Source of the DNA: Setoptus koraiensis
Taxonomy: Eukaryota; Animalia; Arthropoda
DNA length: 64,000 nucleotides
Direction of reading: 5' to 3'
NCBI GenBank assembly: GCA_048013815.1
Contig: CM106585.1
Location: forward strand, 15,190,001 to 15,254,000
The translations under genes were made by a program, and so were the position numbers. Below are positions 60,564 through 64,000 of this stretch, piece after piece. Within the stretch, counting starts at the first letter, position 1. Each line of letters starts with the position of its first letter. The notes beneath the pieces were generated by a model, which did not search any database, was not told the DNA's origin, and saw only the letters and a program-made list of their open reading frames with translations.

Positions 60564-60930
60564 GTAAGTAGAGGTGTCTTTATTTATATCCGTGGTGTAT
60601 TTGTTCTGTCACACATGTTGCGTGCTCAATGTGAACATTATGTAATACTTCAGATACTCTTAGATATTTGAGATATTGTGTGATATTCTTGACTTTGGAA
60701 AACATGACATAGTATGAGTGATATGAGTAGTGGTAGTAATACAATGATAATGTTCTTTCTCTGATATAATAATATTAATATTAATAAAATGCATTCTTTA
60801 TCTCGCAACTCACTCTTCTCATCCAACCACCAAATGTGTGTGGATCCGCCGTGTGACACGCAAATGCCCCCCGACAAACCCGAACACGCCCAATGGTGAT
60901 GCAATGATTCTTTTTGGTTGACAAATAAAG

Positions 60931-61012
60931 CAATCCGAGTGTCCCTTGTAACAGCTTGCCAGATCTCGACATGAAGGCATGGTTTGAGCCTCCAGGTATG
61001 CTGAAAAAATAG
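60931..61012 (+). CDS. Peroxidase terminal exon 7 (NPSVPCNSLPDLDMKAWFEPPGMLKK*)
   Basis: Matches the NP..C..lP.LDL..W terminal motif. It needs an AAG acceptor at 60930 because an in-frame TAA lies just upstream. An alternative donor at 60996 cannot be excluded. Confidence 0.75.
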
Positions 61013-61082
61013 TTATTTGAAAGCCGCCACTGCTACCATTATTGCTGCTGCTACCACAACGCGCTGCTGCTACCTACCATTC

Positions 61083-61529
61083 TCAACCGCTCATAACCAT
61101 ACGGACAAAATCTTCATAATGAATATTGCCCTGGCTATCCTCTTGGCCAGCTAACAATTGTTCCACTTCGTCATCGGTTAATTTTTCGCCTAACGTTGTC
61201 AGTAGGTGCCTCAATTCAGCTGACGATATGTAACCGCTACCATCCTTGTCAAAATGACGCAAACCTTCAATGAAATCCTCAGCTTGATCTGTGCATCTAT
61301 TCTTGCTTATAGCTTGCAAAATGGGTAAGAATACCTCAAAAGTGATCCTCTCATCCGGGTTCTTGAATTGTTGGCAACACTTTTTTACTTCTTGTTCGGT
61401 GGGATTCTGTCCCAGAGCCCTGAGAACGTTGCCCAATAATCCTACGCTTATCATGCCATCGTTGCGATTGTCGAACAAGGCGAACGCTTCCTGAAATTCC
61501 GCTATTTGATCCTCTGTAAAATTGGCCAT
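61083..61529 (-). CDS. Mlc-c: Non-muscle myosin II essential light chain, 148 aa, intronless
   Basis: [22 protein letters not shown]...[10 protein letters not shown]...[13 protein letters not shown]...[32 protein letters not shown]...[11 protein letters not shown] is highly similar to insect Mlc-c. ATG at 61529. Confidence 0.96.
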   Translation of the reverse strand: MANFTEDQIAEFQEAFALFDNRNDGMISVGLLGNVLRALGQNPTEQEVKKCCQQFKNPDERITFEVFLPILQAISKNRCTDQAEDFIEGLRHFDKDGSGYISSAELRHLLTTLGEKLTDDEVEQLLAGQEDSQGNIHYEDFVRMVMSG

Positions 61530-62578
61530 CTTTGGTTCAACAAGTATCAACTAATTAACTAAATAACTAATTAATTAATCAATAATAATACCAATCAAAG
61601 TAAAGTAATCTGTGTCAGCTTATGTTGTCATGGGCGTAATACTTTGGCACAATATTGGCGACCAGTTGATCATAATCTCGCTGAGGCGCATGCTCACAAT
61701 GGGCAAAGCGCCAAATTCAATCGGATCGAAAATTTTCGTACAGGGTGTTTCAAGAATAGAGAGAGGCACACGGGTTGCTGGTGCACAAATCGTAAGTTTG
61801 TGCAAATACATGAGCTGCTGTTATGGAGAAATTAACTAGCTGTTCCGCTGTATATTTGATAGAGAAGACCCCAAAGATGCACAACTTGTGCCATCGAACT
61901 TGTTACCTGTGCGCAATGAAATTGCATCATCAAATTGAAGTTGCAAACAAACTCCGAAAGGCGCGCTTGTATAATGGACTTGATATGAACTCGCTTGCCA
62001 AGAGCTCCCCCTCCAGGGAAAGGCGAAAGTTTGGCTGTACACATGAAATACAACACCGACCAGGAGAATGCACTGCCTAGGGCACACGACGAGAGTTGCG
62101 CAACAAGTTGTCCTCGGTGCATCTCAACCTCTTTTTGTTTTTGAAACACTTTTCAATCCGACGAAAAGTTTCAAGTGCGACTCACAAAATAGGCTCTCCA
62201 TTTTGATTGTTATATCGCCTTACAAGTTGTTAGTAAAGCACTCACCTGAAATCAAATGAACACAACTGTATGTATGCAGCCCAGATTGAAATCGCATCAT
62301 GAAAAAGTTAAAAAAGTGCTACCATTGACAGAAGCTTGGGCCCTGAACTTGATATTGTCATGTTCTGGCGGAATCAGGCATGGAATCAACTCTATTTCGC
62401 GACTTGCCTGACTCACCACAACTAGGACAACTTGTTGTAACTTTTGATCAGCTGTGATATGAATCAATTGGTTTACCGTTAACCGCATACATACACAATG
62501 TTATGCCGCTTTTTTACGCTTGCTTAAATTTAAACTTTTGCTCGAAAAGTTTAAAGCTTGCCCAATCAATAATGGCGA

Positions 62579-63016
62579 ATGAGCAACACTCAATATATCC
62601 GCTATGTACTGATTGTCCACCACTTTATCACGTTGTACTTAATCACAACACCCACTTTAGGTACCCGATCTACCTTCTCCGATGCCATATATAAAATGGA
62701 GGAGGACGAGAAAAATGGATATGGTGAGCAAGCAAACAACAAAAATCCACACCAACAACAGCCTATGCCCGTAAAACAACAACCTCTGGCTTACGGGTTT
62801 GTGGAGCCAATGTCCGAGAGGCGACCCACTAAGTACGTCGCAAAGAGACCTCGCAACCCCAACAACAATGTCAACAAAAAATACTTGAAACAAATGATGG
62901 AACCGGAATTCAGACCGCGCTATAATGGAGTAAATTTTCCGCCTAGAACGCCTGCTCTTTCATTTAATATGCTATATGGAGCTCCTCCGCTAGCGGCCAA
63001 AGCAAAAGCAGCCTGA
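62579..63016 (+). CDS. Hypothetical 145-aa protein, possibly secreted (Pro/Asn/Lys-rich)
   Basis: ATG-initiated ORF in non-repetitive sequence with a hydrophobic N-terminal segment (YVLIVHHFITLYLITTPTLG). No homolog recognised. Confidence 0.4.
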   Translation: MSNTQYIRYVLIVHHFITLYLITTPTLGTRSTFSDAIYKMEEDEKNGYGEQANNKNPHQQQPMPVKQQPLAYGFVEPMSERRPTKYVAKRPRNPNNNVNKKYLKQMMEPEFRPRYNGVNFPPRTPALSFNMLYGAPPLAAKAKAA

Positions 63017-63829
63017 TTAATCAGTCAACTTCATGTTAATTGAAAGTATTCTGAGTTAATATTTAAGTAAGCCACCACTATAATTGCTCATTGTGGAGTG
63101 TTAGAAGAACTCACAAAAGTAAAAGCCATAGTAACAGCATAGAGAAGCCGACCCAAAATCGTTGTAAATAGAAGTGAACTACTAATCCAATAATGTATGT
63201 GACCACCACTTGTTAATTGTGTAAACAGATACAGAACATCGCAATGCATTCATTCAAAATTAACTTAATTAAGCCCATTGGTTTAAAAGATTATGTTAAT
63301 AGACAATGAAATGTATAACAACTACGCCCACTAGCATTGGTTGTCATTCGGCTGGACAAGCATGACAAGAAAAGAAAAAAGAAAAGAAATTAATTGGTCA
63401 TCCACTGGTTACGTACATCATCTGTAAATAATCTTCCTTTAATTGTCAACTTTGTGTGTTGCTATAATTATCATTATCATTGTTGATTTCGTTATGTTTT
63501 TCTATAATAATGAAGTTTCTTAGTTAATTAATATACAAATGAGTGTTTGTGAGGTACGTTACAATCAATACATCCACTCGAGAAGCGTGATAATCGTATC
63601 CTTGTAGTTGGAAGCCAAATTTTTACGTAAACCTCACTTCTTTTCCTTTTTTTCATGTTTTATCAAAGAAAGCAAAATAAAAAAAAGTCACAAAACTCAT
63701 TCAATAGACACCTTTTAGCAAATAAGTGATAAGAACTTGTTATGCAAATGTCGATATTTATTATTACACCACAATAGAATTAACAATGCATAAAAGACGA
63801 TGGCATTTACATGTGATGTTTAAGAATAG

Positions 63830-64000
63830 TTAGTCTATATCTGTATGCAAATTAGTTGTTGTCAATTCAACTGGCTGACTGGACATATAAAGTTTACTTC
63901 TTTCGGACGATGGCGACGAGCAGCTGCTCTGGTTATTGTTGGATTGTCCCGCCGTCTTTTCGGGATTGAGTCTCTTCATGTAAACACCATTAGTTGTGTA
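63830..64000 (-). CDS. Possible 3' end of a gene entering from the right edge (...YMKRLNPEKTAGQSNNNQSSCSSPSSERSKLYMSS...TDID*)
   Basis: Frame is open from the window edge to TAA at 63832-63830; family not recognised. Confidence 0.35.
   Translation of the reverse strand, partial: YTTNGVYMKRLNPEKTAGQSNNNQSSCSSPSSERSKLYMSSQPVELTTTNLHTDID

Overview
Eukaryotic animal DNA with GT-AG introns. The gene set and compact, intron-poor housekeeping genes suggest an arthropod, probably an acariform mite; this is inference. Two microsatellite-saturated, GC-richer regions (about 4-14.4 kb and 28-59.7 kb) surround or interrupt signalling genes: the first coding exon of an adenylate cyclase 3-like gene (- strand, continuing off the left edge) and a 7-exon chorion peroxidase/peroxinectin-like gene (+, about 40.3-61.0 kb). 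Between them is an AT-rich, repeat-free gene cluster (15.6-27.3 kb): Hikeshi, CCA-adding enzyme copy A (+), Kaptin/KPTN, an ApaH-like phosphatase, CCA-adding enzyme copy B (-), mRpS6 and a baboon/TGFBR1-type receptor. Mlc-c and an orphan ORF lie at the right end. The standout is the CCA-enzyme locus. An inverted duplication of the mRpS6-TRNT1 segment, with a 545-bp in-frame deletion, created a chimeric TRNT1 whose N-terminus derives from mitochondrial ribosomal protein S6, while the parental copy lacks an obvious presequence. The copies share a 1031-bp near-identical tract but have diverged N-termini and C-terminal tails. Each hosts a dual-guide SNORD15/U15-like C/D snoRNA in its intron, and a third snoRNA copy survives behind a decayed exon fragment. 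Most ORFs in the supplied track are microsatellite artefacts. All alignments and counts were done by eye.
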